From assembly GCA_965261395.1 (NCBI GenBank), contig OZ253462.1, positions 2,752,001 through 2,816,000 of the forward strand: a DNA stretch of 64,000 bases, in the 5' to 3' direction. The notes beneath the pieces were generated by a model, which did not search any database, was not told where the DNA came from, and worked only from the letters and a program-made list of their open reading frames with translations. The stretch's first letter is position 1, and the number at the start of each line of letters is the position of its first letter. This DNA is from Candidatus Latescibacterota bacterium. GTDB taxonomy: Bacteria; Latescibacterota; UBA2968; UBA8231. Both the position numbers and the translations under genes were made by a program. Shown one piece after another: positions 29,464-39,600 of this stretch.

Positions 29464-30453
29464 ATGTATAAAGCTGGAGTCATTGGCTGTCGCGGCATTG
29501 GCGTGGCCCACGCCACCGGGATTGTCGGGTCGGACCGCGCCAGCCTCACAGCGGCTTGCGACCTCGACGAAGCAACCCTCCGCGAGTTTGAGCAACGCTG
29601 GCCGGACGCAGACCTTACCCTGTACCGCGATCACCGCGAGATGCTCGCCCGCGAATCGCTGGACATCGTCACCGTCGCCACCTCGGACCACCGCCACGCC
29701 GACTTAGTCGTCGATGCGGCCAACGCCGGGGCCAAGGGCATCTTCTGCGAAAAACCGCTAGCTACCAACCTCGCAGACGCCGACCGCATGATCGCCGCTT
29801 GCGATGCCAACAACACCACCCTGTCGGTCGATCACACCCGGCGCTTCATGCCCCTGTGGCGGCACGCCAAAGAAGAGATCGTCGATCAAGGCGTCATCGG
29901 CCCGGTGCAATACGTCGTCGGCACGCTCTCCGGCCCCCGCGCCATGCTCTTCCGCAACGGCACCCACACTCTCGACGCTATATGCTACTACGCGGGCGCG
30001 CAGCCCCAGTGGGTAGTCGCCGAGCTGGAGGAGGGATACGAGGACTACGCCGAGTACCGCGGCGACGGCGGCCACGTGCCAGCCACCGAGCCAGGGGCCA
30101 ACGGATACATCCACTTTTCTGGGGGTGTGCGGGGCTTCTACATCGGCGGCTCTAAGACCACGCCGTCGCCCAAGCAGCAACTTGAAGTGGTCGGCACCAC
30201 CGGACGATTACTCCTCGGCAACGACGGCGGCACCCTACTTCGCGGCGAAGAGTCCGAATCCCTCGCGCCGCCGACTTGGCCGATCGAGGGCATTCCCGCC
30301 GGCATCCACGAGCTGATCTCAGCCATGGACCAAGGCGTCGAGTCGGTGTCGCCGGGCCGAGCCGGACGCACTGTAGTAGAGCTGATTATCGGGTTTTTAG
30401 AATCGCAAAAACAGGGCAACGTGCCGGTGTCCATCCCGGTGCCGAGAGCCTAG
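29464..30453 (+). CDS. Gfo/Idh/MocA oxidoreductase
   Basis: GVIGCRGIG, IFCEKP, NGTHTLD. Confidence 0.92.
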   Translation: MYKAGVIGCRGIGVAHATGIVGSDRASLTAACDLDEATLREFEQRWPDADLTLYRDHREMLARESLDIVTVATSDHRHADLVVDAANAGAKGIFCEKPLATNLADADRMIAACDANNTTLSVDHTRRFMPLWRHAKEEIVDQGVIGPVQYVVGTLSGPRAMLFRNGTHTLDAICYYAGAQPQWVVAELEEGYEDYAEYRGDGGHVPATEPGANGYIHFSGGVRGFYIGGSKTTPSPKQQLEVVGTTGRLLLGNDGGTLLRGEESESLAPPTWPIEGIPAGIHELISAMDQGVESVSPGRAGRTVVELIIGFLESQKQGNVPVSIPVPRA

Positions 30454-30815
30454 CCCAGTTCCACGAGCACCCGGCCATCCTCCACGCGAGCCGGATAGGT
30501 CCGCACCCGCACCTTCTCGGGCTCACAGAGCGAGCGGCCCGTGCGCACGTCGTATTCCCAGCCGTGCCACGGGCAGCTCAGAATTTCGCCCGCGCGTCCC
30601 AAGACAATCTCGTCCCCTGGATGACGCGCCAGCGCCGTGCCCCCAACCCGGCCGTCCGACAGACGCGCCCCTTGATGTGGGCAAATATCGCGGAGCGCGT
30701 ACCAAGCATTCCCCTGCCGCACGATAGCCAAGCCCCGCCCCTCGACCTCGACCCGGCGAACCTCGCCGCCGGCAAAGGCATCGACCGGCCCTACGTCAAC
30801 GCGCCGCGAACCCAT
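30450..30815 (-). CDS. Rieske [2Fe-2S] ferredoxin
   Basis: CPHQG...CPWHGWEYD. Confidence 0.92.
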   Translation of the reverse strand: MGSRRVDVGPVDAFAGGEVRRVEVEGRGLAIVRQGNAWYALRDICPHQGARLSDGRVGGTALARHPGDEIVLGRAGEILSCPWHGWEYDVRTGRSLCEPEKVRVRTYPARVEDGRVLVELG

Positions 30816-31890
30816 AAAAAGCCTCGGCATTATCGACCCTGATCCTCTGGCGCAGCGCGTCGTCAATCACGGGCGGCAGAGCGCGGGCCGGCGAATCAAA
30901 GTCCCAATGCGGATAATCCGTGGCGAACATCAAGAATTCCTCGCTGCCAATCATGTCGATGATGTGCAACAAGTGCTGGGGATCGTCTGGCTCTTCCATA
31001 GGTTGGGTCGTGGCGCAGAAGTGCTCGCGGATGTATTCGCTGGGGCGCTTCTTCAGCCACGGCACCTCGCTGCGCAGGCCCCGGTAGTTTTTGTCCAGCC
31101 GCCACATCAGTCCGGGCAACCACGCGAATCCCCCCTCAATGAGTGCGACGCGCAGCTCTGGGAACTCGCAGAACACCCCTTCGCAAACAAGGCTGATGAC
31201 CTGGGCCTCAAAGGCTTGCGACATGGCCGTGTGATCTTCGATGTAATAGGAAGGCCAGCCGCAGGCCGTGATGGGCTGACCGCTGCCGCCGAAGTGGATA
31301 CCCACCGGCAGACCGACTTCGCAGGCTGCGGCAAAAATCGGCCGGAACTGCCGCTTGCCATACGGCGCGCTCGACCGCACTAAGAGCAGCACCTGCGCAA
31401 AGCGCGGATCAGCCGCTGCCCGTTTGATTTCCCCGACTGCCTCCGCCGGGTCGTTGGCATTGACCACAATCGAGCCGCGCCAGCGCGGATCGTGGTCGAG
31501 CCAAGTGTGCGCAGTCCACTCGTTGACCGCCCGCATTAGCGCGTTGGCAAAGTCGAGGTTGTGCAGGGACGTCATGCCGTAGAGCGGATTGAGCAAGGCC
31601 ACGTCAATGCCCCAAGCATCGAGCAATTGGGTGCGCGCAAAATCCGGGTCGCCGCCCGGCCGCAGGCCCGAAGGCGGCCAAGCATCGCGCCGCGCAGCTT
31701 GGGCAAATCCCTTGGGATAGGTTGGGCCGGGCGGGCCGCTAAACCCGGATTGCCGCACGTACGCCTGCCAGCGCGCCGACAAAAAGGGCATGAGGTCGTC
31801 GATGGAGTTCGGGTAGTTGTGGACATCGCAGTCGATCAGCGAAACGTCAGCCGAGGACGCGACTTCGACGGCGTATTCGGTTTGGGACAT
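30796..31890 (-). CDS. Amidohydrolase family (amidohydro_2)
   Basis: [28 protein letters not shown]. Confidence 0.92.
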   Translation of the reverse strand: MSQTEYAVEVASSADVSLIDCDVHNYPNSIDDLMPFLSARWQAYVRQSGFSGPPGPTYPKGFAQAARRDAWPPSGLRPGGDPDFARTQLLDAWGIDVALLNPLYGMTSLHNLDFANALMRAVNEWTAHTWLDHDPRWRGSIVVNANDPAEAVGEIKRAAADPRFAQVLLLVRSSAPYGKRQFRPIFAAACEVGLPVGIHFGGSGQPITACGWPSYYIEDHTAMSQAFEAQVISLVCEGVFCEFPELRVALIEGGFAWLPGLMWRLDKNYRGLRSEVPWLKKRPSEYIREHFCATTQPMEEPDDPQHLLHIIDMIGSEEFLMFATDYPHWDFDSPARALPPVIDDALRQRIRVDNAEAFYGFAAR

Positions 31891-32027
31891 GGTAGCAATT
31901 GGTTGGTGAAGGGTGAGGGGCGAGTGATTTTTAGAAGAATGGGTGCGAACATAGGCTGCGTCAACTCCTCGCGCCCGGGAGGAGCAGATTTGTTCACCAG
32001 CTTCATTTAGTAGTATAATATCCCCTT

Positions 32028-33353
32028 ATGCCTACGTCACTCGCCGACCTCGAAGCGCGCTATCGCCGCGCCAGCCCTCGTTCCCACGCCCTTTTTGAGC
32101 AGGGCCGCGCCTATACGGCCGGTGCGGCCAAAGGCGCGTATTACTACCCGCCCTACCCGCTCACCATGGCCCGTGGCAAGGACTGCTACCTGTGGGATGT
32201 CGATGGCCAGCGCTACGTCGATTGCGCCAACCACCACACGGCCCAAGTCCTCGGGCACGGGCACGAACGCGTGGAAGCGGCCGTGCGCGAGCAGATGCAA
32301 AAGGGCATTGCCTTGGGCGCACCCACCGGCATTGAGAGCGAAATCGCCCGTGTAATGTGCGACCGAGTGGATGCGCTGGAGCGGATTCGCTTTGTCAACT
32401 CCGGTACCGAGGCCACGCTGCACGCGATTCGCTTGGCGCGGGGCTACACCAAGCGCGGTAAAATCGCCAAGTTCGAAGGCGGCTACCACGGCAGCCACGA
32501 CGCCGTGGAAGTCAGCGTGGCCCCACCTCTAGACCAAGCCGGCCCCGCCGACGCACCCATCGCGCTGCCAACAGCCGGCGGCATATCTCCGTCGGCCGCG
32601 TCCGAAGCCGTCATCCTTCCCTACCATGACCCCGAAGCCGTCGAGCGGCTCGTCGCCGCACACGCCAGCGAACTCGCCTGCGTCCTCTTCGACCCCAAGG
32701 CCGGCATCCTAGACATCCAGCCGGATTTTGCCCGCGCCGTGCGCGACATCACTCGCCGCCACGGTGTCTTACTCATCTTCGACGAAATCGTTGGGTTCCG
32801 CACAGGCACCGGCGGCTTGCAGGGCCTGTACGGCATCGACCCGGACCTAAGCTGCTTTGGCAAGATCATCGGCGGCGGCTTTCCGGTGGGGGCCTTTGGC
32901 GGCCGAGCCGACCTGATGGACCTGTTCGACAACTCGCAGCAATCCACCGGCTTTTTCCAGAGCGGCACCTTTAGCGCACATCCCGTGGCCATGGCCGCCG
33001 GCCTAGCGACCCTGAACGAACTGACGCCGCAAACCATCGACCATTTGAACGCACTCGGAGCGCGCTTAAAGGACCAACTCAACGCGCTCTTTGCCGCGCA
33101 CGCGGTCACCGCCCAAGCGGTCTGCACGGGATCGGTCTTCAGCATCCACTTTGCCCGCGGCCCCATCGCCAACTACCGCGACCTCGCCGCCACCGACAAA
33201 ACCCTCATTCATCCGCTCTTTCTCTCGCTCATCGAGCAGGGGTACTTCCTCGGCTCAGGGCTGGGCATGTGCGCGCTTTCTACGCCCATGGACGCCGAGC
33301 ATATCGACGGCTTAGTCAGTGCTGTAGGGAACGCGCTAGCGGAGATAGCCTAA
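32028..33353 (+). CDS. Class III aminotransferase (GSA-aminomutase-like)
   Basis: FVNSGTEAT, KFEGGYHG, LIFDEIVGFR, FGKIIGGGFPVGAFGG, SGTF. Confidence 0.9.
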   Translation: MPTSLADLEARYRRASPRSHALFEQGRAYTAGAAKGAYYYPPYPLTMARGKDCYLWDVDGQRYVDCANHHTAQVLGHGHERVEAAVREQMQKGIALGAPTGIESEIARVMCDRVDALERIRFVNSGTEATLHAIRLARGYTKRGKIAKFEGGYHGSHDAVEVSVAPPLDQAGPADAPIALPTAGGISPSAASEAVILPYHDPEAVERLVAAHASELACVLFDPKAGILDIQPDFARAVRDITRRHGVLLIFDEIVGFRTGTGGLQGLYGIDPDLSCFGKIIGGGFPVGAFGGRADLMDLFDNSQQSTGFFQSGTFSAHPVAMAAGLATLNELTPQTIDHLNALGARLKDQLNALFAAHAVTAQAVCTGSVFSIHFARGPIANYRDLAATDKTLIHPLFLSLIEQGYFLGSGLGMCALSTPMDAEHIDGLVSAVGNALAEIA

Positions 33354-33367
33354 ATTTGGAGCAAACC

Positions 33368-34132
33368 ATGTCCGTACTCAGCCCCGAACAAATAGCCCAG
33401 TACCAGCAAGACGGGTACACCATCTTGCGCAACGCCCTTTCCGCAGAAGACTTGCACGCGCTCCGCACCCATATCGAGGGAATCGCCTCGGGTGCGCTGC
33501 CCTTCCCGGAGGCGAACATCGAGTTCGATCCCAACGCGCCCCAGCAACGCCACATCGATCACTTGCGCAAAATCAACGGCCCGTCCCAATGCGATGCCTT
33601 CTTCCGCGACCACGCCGCGCGGGATCCCCTCCTCACCGCCGCCGCCGACCTGCTCGGCCCAGACGTCAAGCTCTTCGCCGACCAAGTCTTTATCAAAGGA
33701 CCAGGCGGCATAGAAAAGACCTATCACCAAGACTCCGCGTACTTCCACATTGAGCCGATGGCCCTCGCCACCGCTTGGGTCGCCTTAGACGATGTAACCC
33801 TTGAAAACGGCTGCTTGTGGGTCGTGCGGGGCAGCCATCGCGAGGGGTTGGTTGACCACAGCGAGACGTGGATGGTCGGCTCGCGGCAAGACAAGACAGT
33901 TCCCGACGCAGCCATCGACCGCCGGCGCGAACAGCCCATTCTGCTGCAAGCGGGCGACTGCTCCTTCCACCACAGCCTGCTCCTGCATCGCTCCGGCCCC
34001 AACCAAACGACGACGCGCCGCCGCGGCATGGCCACTCACTACATGAGCGCGCACTCGCGCTGGACGGGTGCCCCCCAAGACAAGCCCGACTATCCCCTGC
34101 TGCGGGGACAAGAACACGTCGGCTGCGTCTGA
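33368..34132 (+). CDS. PhyH-family dioxygenase
   Basis: YHQD, WVALDDVTLENGCL, HHSLLLHRSGPN. Confidence 0.93.
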   Translation: MSVLSPEQIAQYQQDGYTILRNALSAEDLHALRTHIEGIASGALPFPEANIEFDPNAPQQRHIDHLRKINGPSQCDAFFRDHAARDPLLTAAADLLGPDVKLFADQVFIKGPGGIEKTYHQDSAYFHIEPMALATAWVALDDVTLENGCLWVVRGSHREGLVDHSETWMVGSRQDKTVPDAAIDRRREQPILLQAGDCSFHHSLLLHRSGPNQTTTRRRGMATHYMSAHSRWTGAPQDKPDYPLLRGQEHVGCV

Positions 34133-34161
34133 GCCACCTCCTCCAACCAAGAGAAATATCC

Positions 34162-34806
34162 ATGAGCCAATACTGGATTGAAGACGGACAAACGCTGCTG
34201 TTCATCGGCGACAGCATCACCGACTGCGGTCGGCGCGGTGCCGAGGCCCCGCTGGGTAACGGATACGTGCGCCTGTTCACCGAGTTGGCCACGGCTCGCT
34301 TCCCCGAGCGGCGGGTCCGCTACATCAACAAAGGCATCGGCGGCAACCGCGTCACCGACTTAGCCGCCCGCTGGCAGGACGACGTGCTCTATCACCGGCC
34401 AGACCGGCTGTCGGTCAAGATTGGCATCAACGACCTGCACAGCCATTTGCGCGGTGCCGAAGACGGCGTCGATCCAGCCCGCTTCGCCGCCGTCTATGAA
34501 CAGATTCTAGAGAGTACCCAAGACGAACTGGGCTGTCCTCTTGTATTGCTCACCCCGTTTTACATTTCCACCGACCACAGCGACCAAACCTTCCGTAGCC
34601 AAGTGCTCGAACTATTGCCTCGGTACATCGAAGTAGTGGAGCAGCTAGCCGAGCGCTTTGACGCCCGCCTAGTGCGCCTGCACGACATCTTCCAACGGCA
34701 GCTCCAGTACCGCGACGCCGACACCTTCTGCCCAGAACCGGTCCACCCCAACCAAGCCGGACATTTGGTGATCGCCCAAGCCCTGATGGACGCTCTGACC
34801 GCATAG
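34162..34806 (+). CDS. SGNH/GDSL hydrolase
   Basis: FIGDSITD, NKGIGGN, IGIND, EPVHPN. Confidence 0.92.
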   Translation: MSQYWIEDGQTLLFIGDSITDCGRRGAEAPLGNGYVRLFTELATARFPERRVRYINKGIGGNRVTDLAARWQDDVLYHRPDRLSVKIGINDLHSHLRGAEDGVDPARFAAVYEQILESTQDELGCPLVLLTPFYISTDHSDQTFRSQVLELLPRYIEVVEQLAERFDARLVRLHDIFQRQLQYRDADTFCPEPVHPNQAGHLVIAQALMDALTA

Positions 34807-35146
34807 CGGGGCCGCTCCACGAAGATACGCGGAGGAGATGTGGCGGGGACGAGCGCACGCTATCTTATACACTCTGAATACCCCCACCGACCAGCGGTAC
34901 GAACACGGTCTCGCCATCGTCGAATCTAAGCGGTGGAACTTGCCACTCGACCGCGACGTCAACCAAGCAGCGTCTTCTATCCAAACCTTTTACAAAAAGG
35001 AGGTTATGCGTACCTTTATAATCTCCCTCCTGATCCACACCCGCTACCCCCAAGCAGGACAGGATTTGGCCGACCATCTCTTGATGGAACAGGACAAGAT
35101 TGAACTGCACACACCGAGTACACTTTAATGTAGGAGAGCACGTATT

Positions 35147-37555
35147 ATGCCGATTCGTTTAGCCCTATTAGCCCTCGCCGTTGGTCTATGGAGTTGTGGA
35201 GACGACGACGATCCTGCACCAACGGCGGCTGCCGTCGATTCGATGATCGCCACCGCGGATTCCATGCTGGTCGCCGCCAATACCATGCTGGCCACCGCCG
35301 ATTCGATGATCACCGCTGCCAATACCATGATCGCCGCAGACGCGGATTCGATGATCGCCGCCGATGCCGATTCCATGCTGGCCGCTGCTAATGACATGCT
35401 GGCTACCGCGAACTCGATGATCGCCGCCGCCAATGCAATGGTCGCCGCGGACGCGGATTCGACGATAGCGGCCGATGCGGCTTCCATGCTAGCCGCCGCC
35501 AATACCATGATCGCCGCTGCTGATTCCATGCTGGCGGCTGCCGGTTCTATCCTGGCTCCAGAAGCGATTTTGCGGCCAACCGGAGAGTTAAAACCCTGGG
35601 ATCTTTCGCCCATTGTCTCGGCTGATGAGGTTCGTGCCATGCCCCTGGGCACGCCCGTATTCCTGCGCACTGAATTTGCCAACGGTGAACTGGCTGACCT
35701 CGAAATGACGTTCGTCCAAGTGGTCGATGATTTTCTGGCACCCATGCCGGTCTATATGGTCGAAGCCTCGGACCCTGTTTTGATCCAACTCGGGGGTATT
35801 GCTCAGGGGATGAGCGGTTCACCCATTTTTACGGAGCAGGGCACCTGGGGTGCTATTGCCTATGGATTTGGTGCCCAAGACAGCCCGCCGTACTACTTTT
35901 TTGCCACGCCCATAGAATGGGTCATCGGCACGCGGGGAATGATGCCAGCGGCCAAACCCACGGCCACGTGGGAAGGAAACAGCATTACTCCCCTAGAGAT
36001 CCCCTTGCTGAGCACGGGACTCAATGGGGTGCGTCCGCTGCCTGAAGGGCGTTCGTCCATCCTGAGTGGAGCCAGCGCCGCTGGTCTAACCCAAGAGCGC
36101 CAAGCCAGCTTTGAGGCCGGCAGGCCACTGACGGTTGGGTTGCTGCTCGGTGAGCTTACGCTGGGTTCGATGGGAACCATATCGTACGTCGATGGCAACC
36201 GGGTCTATGGGTTTGGGCATCCAATGAATAGTAGTGGTCCAGTAGAGCTTCCCATAATCGAAGCAAAGGTGCTCGGCGAAGTTTCCAACTTGTCCGCCCC
36301 GTTCAAGTTTGCAACGCTGAATCCAACGGTGCGCGGCACCCTGACTGAAGACCGCTTGCCTGCGGTTCGCGGCGTGCTCGATCAGGAGCCAGAATTAGTA
36401 CCTATTAAGAGCGCATATACGTTTCCTTCGGGGAGCACGGTCGAACTTGCGCACAGAATGGCCGTCGGTATCAGTCCATATACCTCGCTCGATCTCGTCT
36501 CCAGTGCATTCTTTTATCCCTTGGCCAACCGGGTTGACAACGATCCTGAGCACAGTGTCCGCGTTACGACGGATATTTCTTTTACTGGCTCCGATTCAAC
36601 ACTCACTCGTTCCCGGCTCTACTCCTCACCAGGCGGACGGCTCTTTGCCTCAATTTTTAATGCCTATGGCGACGTGTCATTCGCACTTTCGGAACTTATA
36701 ACGAGGTACGATTACGCCTTATATGTGCGCGAGGCCGAGGTGCATGTCGAAATGATTCCTGAGACTCGTTTTGCCACCTTGACGAAGGTTACTGCCGACA
36801 CGGTCGTCAGTCTTGGGAGTACGCTGAATATTACCACTTTACTGCGCGTGGGACGGACCAAGGACCGGGAAGTCGAGCTAGCCCTCAGCGTGCCGGACAC
36901 GCTTTTCCCTGGCTTTTACCAACTCGAAGTGGGATCCGCCGCACTATTAGGACCCGATGCGCTACTGTTCGGTCCACCACCGTTTGGCCCTCCTAGTGAG
37001 GAATCGCTCGATGATGTTTTTGCCCGACTGAATAAACCCGACGAGAATGTCCTCTTAAAAGCTCGCTTGACGTTTGTCGCACCACCGCCACCACCGCCGC
37101 CACCGCCTGAACCTGTAGATGGTGAGGGCGAACCTGAAGGTGAAGGCGAACCCGAAAGTGAAGGTGAAGGCGAAGACGGTGAAGAAGGCGAGGGTGAAGG
37201 CGAAGACGGTGAAGAAGGCGAGGGTGAAGGCGAAGACGGTGAAGAAGGCGAGGGTGAAGGCGAAGACGGTGAAGAAGGCGAGGGTGAAGGCGAAGACGGT
37301 GAAGAAGGCGAGGGTGAAGGCGAAGACGGTGGAGACGGTGAAGACGGCGAACCCGAAGGCGGCGAAGGCGAACCCGAAGGCGGCTTTGATGAGCTTCCGC
37401 CTCCCGGAGCTTTTCCTCCTGGCCCTCCTCCCCCGCCCCCTGGGCCTATTTCCACGCAGGAAGACGTCGATTTATTGCTCGAAGGTTTTAAGATCCTTCA
37501 TATAGAAGTAGTGGCAGGGGAAATAGTAGAAGAGGAAGTAGTAGAAGAGGAGTAG
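35147..37555 (+). CDS. Lipoprotein with SpoIVB peptidase (S55)-like domain and low-complexity repeats
   Basis: Lipobox LWSC, GGIAQGMSGSP, YGFGHPM; Ala/Met heptad repeats at the N-terminus, Pro/Gly-Glu repeats at the C-terminus. Confidence 0.75.
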   Translation: MPIRLALLALAVGLWSCGDDDDPAPTAAAVDSMIATADSMLVAANTMLATADSMITAANTMIAADADSMIAADADSMLAAANDMLATANSMIAAANAMVAADADSTIAADAASMLAAANTMIAAADSMLAAAGSILAPEAILRPTGELKPWDLSPIVSADEVRAMPLGTPVFLRTEFANGELADLEMTFVQVVDDFLAPMPVYMVEASDPVLIQLGGIAQGMSGSPIFTEQGTWGAIAYGFGAQDSPPYYFFATPIEWVIGTRGMMPAAKPTATWEGNSITPLEIPLLSTGLNGVRPLPEGRSSILSGASAAGLTQERQASFEAGRPLTVGLLLGELTLGSMGTISYVDGNRVYGFGHPMNSSGPVELPIIEAKVLGEVSNLSAPFKFATLNPTVRGTLTEDRLPAVRGVLDQEPELVPIKSAYTFPSGSTVELAHRMAVGISPYTSLDLVSSAFFYPLANRVDNDPEHSVRVTTDISFTGSDSTLTRSRLYSSPGGRLFASIFNAYGDVSFALSELITRYDYALYVREAEVHVEMIPETRFATLTKVTADTVVSLGSTLNITTLLRVGRTKDREVELALSVPDTLFPGFYQLEVGSAALLGPDALLFGPPPFGPPSEESLDDVFARLNKPDENVLLKARLTFVAPPPPPPPPPEPVDGEGEPEGEGEPESEGEGEDGEEGEGEGEDGEEGEGEGEDGEEGEGEGEDGEEGEGEGEDGEEGEGEGEDGGDGEDGEPEGGEGEPEGGFDELPPPGAFPPGPPPPPPGPISTQEDVDLLLEGFKILHIEVVAGEIVEEEVVEEE
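37163..37331 (+). repeat. 30-bp coding tandem repeat, about 5.6 copies
   Basis: GGTGAAGGCGAAGACGGTGAAGAAGGCGAG encoding GEGEDGEEGE. Confidence 0.95.
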
Positions 37556-37628
37556 CCGACAACTACTCATACACCCCATTAAAACGCGGGAATTCCAAAA
37601 CAGCTTCTCAATTCCCGCTATAAGTTGT

Positions 37629-37676
37629 GGAGCCTTTATCTGCATCAATCGCTTTTGCAGATAAAGGCTCCTTTTT
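37629..37676 (+). terminator. Rho-independent terminator between convergent genes
   Basis: GGAGCCTTTATCTGCA...TGCAGATAAAGGCTCC followed by TTTTT. Confidence 0.8.
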
Positions 37677-38769
37677 AATAGTCCGCCACTGACCCATCCC
37701 GCAGCCGATTATCCGGCCACTTAAACTGCCGCCCGCTCTCCTGTCCCACGGCAATGGCCTTTTCCTCGTCGATCTCCACTCCCAACCCCGGCCCCTCCGG
37801 CAGCGACGCATACCCCTCCGCGTCCAAAGTCCACGTCTTGTGCGCCACGCCTTCGGGCAATTGGTGATCGTAACCCTCGTGGATGAGGAAAAACGCCACC
37901 GATGCCGCCACGTGTAAGCTCGCCGTCAGGCCCAAAAACGACATGGTGCAATGCGGGGCAATCGGCACGTGATGCGCTTCGCACAGCGCGGCGACCTTCT
38001 GCATTTGGCTGATGCCGCCGCCGTGGCCGCAGTCGGGCTGCAGGATATCGACGACTTGGGCCTCCAAAATCTCGCGCACCTCCCAAATGGTGCGGTCGCG
38101 CTCGCCGGTAGCCAACGGCACGGGCACGGCCGCGCGCAGCTTGTGCATGGCCTCGATGTTGCCCGGCACCCACGCCTCTTCCAAAAAGAGCAAATCGTCC
38201 GGCTTGAGATAACCGGCAAATTGCTTGACCAGTGGCAGCGGCAACATGCTGTGTGCATCGAACATCACCGCCCCATCCGGCCCCACCTTGGCGCGGGCGT
38301 CGGCCACCCGCTGCACCAACTCTGCCACCTCAGCCGGCGTCCCCGCGTGATATTGCGCCCCCCCAGGGCCGACCTTGATTGCCTTGGGGCTAGGGTACAT
38401 CCACACCTTGTCGCGGCAGGGGCCGCCCAGCAGGCGATACACCGGCACCTGATAGAGCTTGCCGGCAATGTCCCACAGCGCCATGTCAATGGCCGCAATC
38501 ACGTGCAGCATCAGCCCGCCGCCGCGCAGGTTGCGATGGGCGCGGAACAGCCGCTGCCAGTGGTGCTCAATGCGCGTCGGGTTTTCGCCGACGATGAGCG
38601 AGCCCAGCGACTCGGCCAAGGCGCAGGCGACCTTGGTCTCCATATTGTTGATCTCGCCCCAGCCGACCACCCCCATGTTCGTCTCCACCTTCACGTAGCC
38701 CTTGGCCCCCACCGGAATGGCCGTCAGGCGCTCGACCCGAATGGCCGAGCCGCGATCTTCCACTGTCAT
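37675..38769 (-). CDS. Mandelate racemase/galactonate dehydratase-like enolase
   Basis: IDMALWDIAGK, MFDAH, FLEE, LATGER, QPD..H.GG, APH. Confidence 0.9.
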   Translation of the reverse strand: MTVEDRGSAIRVERLTAIPVGAKGYVKVETNMGVVGWGEINNMETKVACALAESLGSLIVGENPTRIEHHWQRLFRAHRNLRGGGLMLHVIAAIDMALWDIAGKLYQVPVYRLLGGPCRDKVWMYPSPKAIKVGPGGAQYHAGTPAEVAELVQRVADARAKVGPDGAVMFDAHSMLPLPLVKQFAGYLKPDDLLFLEEAWVPGNIEAMHKLRAAVPVPLATGERDRTIWEVREILEAQVVDILQPDCGHGGGISQMQKVAALCEAHHVPIAPHCTMSFLGLTASLHVAASVAFFLIHEGYDHQLPEGVAHKTWTLDAEGYASLPEGPGLGVEIDEEKAIAVGQESGRQFKWPDNRLRDGSVADY

Positions 38770-38857
38770 GAGCTTCCTCCTATTTTAAGATTTGCCTCTA
38801 ACGCCAAAGAACGTACAATTTGTCCCCAAATCACCCATTGACCAAACAGGAGATATC

Positions 38858-39598
38858 ATGGTCGAAACCAACGACATCCAACGCCCCCCCAAAGACCTCG
38901 TCGCCCAGCTCTCCGGCATTAGCAGCGCCACGGCCGCTGGCGAACTCGCCCGCTTGGGCATCCGCGACCCTCATATCCAGGGCCCGGTCGCCCGCACCAC
39001 GGGCAAGCACGTCGTCGGCCCAGCCCTGACCTTGCAGTTTATGCCCAAGCGCGAAGACCTGTATGCCGTCGATGAATACGCCGACCCGGAAAAACAACTT
39101 CACCGTCACGCCCTCTACCACACCCAACCTGGCGACATCATCGTCGTCGATGCGCGTGGCGACCTGCACAGCGGGGTCTTTGGCGAGATGATGCTCACCT
39201 TCTTCATGGGGCGCGGCGGCATCGGCGCGGTCATCGACGGCTGCATCCGCGACTTCCCCCAGGTGCTCAAAGACCTCGATATCGGGCTTTGGCTGCGCGG
39301 CACGACCCCCAATTTCCACACCCAGACCAACATCGTCCCCTTCGCGGTCAACGTGCCCATCGCCTGCGGCAACACCCTCGTCATGCCCGGCGACATCATC
39401 GTTGCCGACGACGACGGTGCCACCGTCGTCCCGGCCCAACTCGCCCCCGAACTGACCGCAAAGGCTCAAGCCCACGCCGAGTGGGAGGACTTCAGCCGCA
39501 TGAAGCTGGCCGAGGGCGGGCACCTGCGCAAGTACTACCCACTCAGCGAAGAAGGCCGCGCCGAATACGAAGCCTGGCGCGCCGAACAGGAACAATAG
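38858..39598 (+). CDS. RraA/HMG-aldolase family protein
   Basis: GPALTL, GDIIVVDARG, GVFGEM, DGCIRD, PGDIIVADDDG. Confidence 0.9.
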   Translation: MVETNDIQRPPKDLVAQLSGISSATAAGELARLGIRDPHIQGPVARTTGKHVVGPALTLQFMPKREDLYAVDEYADPEKQLHRHALYHTQPGDIIVVDARGDLHSGVFGEMMLTFFMGRGGIGAVIDGCIRDFPQVLKDLDIGLWLRGTTPNFHTQTNIVPFAVNVPIACGNTLVMPGDIIVADDDGATVVPAQLAPELTAKAQAHAEWEDFSRMKLAEGGHLRKYYPLSEEGRAEYEAWRAEQEQ

Positions 39599-39600
39599 CC

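Noticed and set aside
35125-37505. Antisense and alternative-frame ORFs (SAAAIM..., SPSPSS..., KAKTVKKARV repeats)
   Set aside because: They are by-products of low-complexity repeats in the S55-like gene. The G-E repeat is also not a Gly-X-Y collagen.
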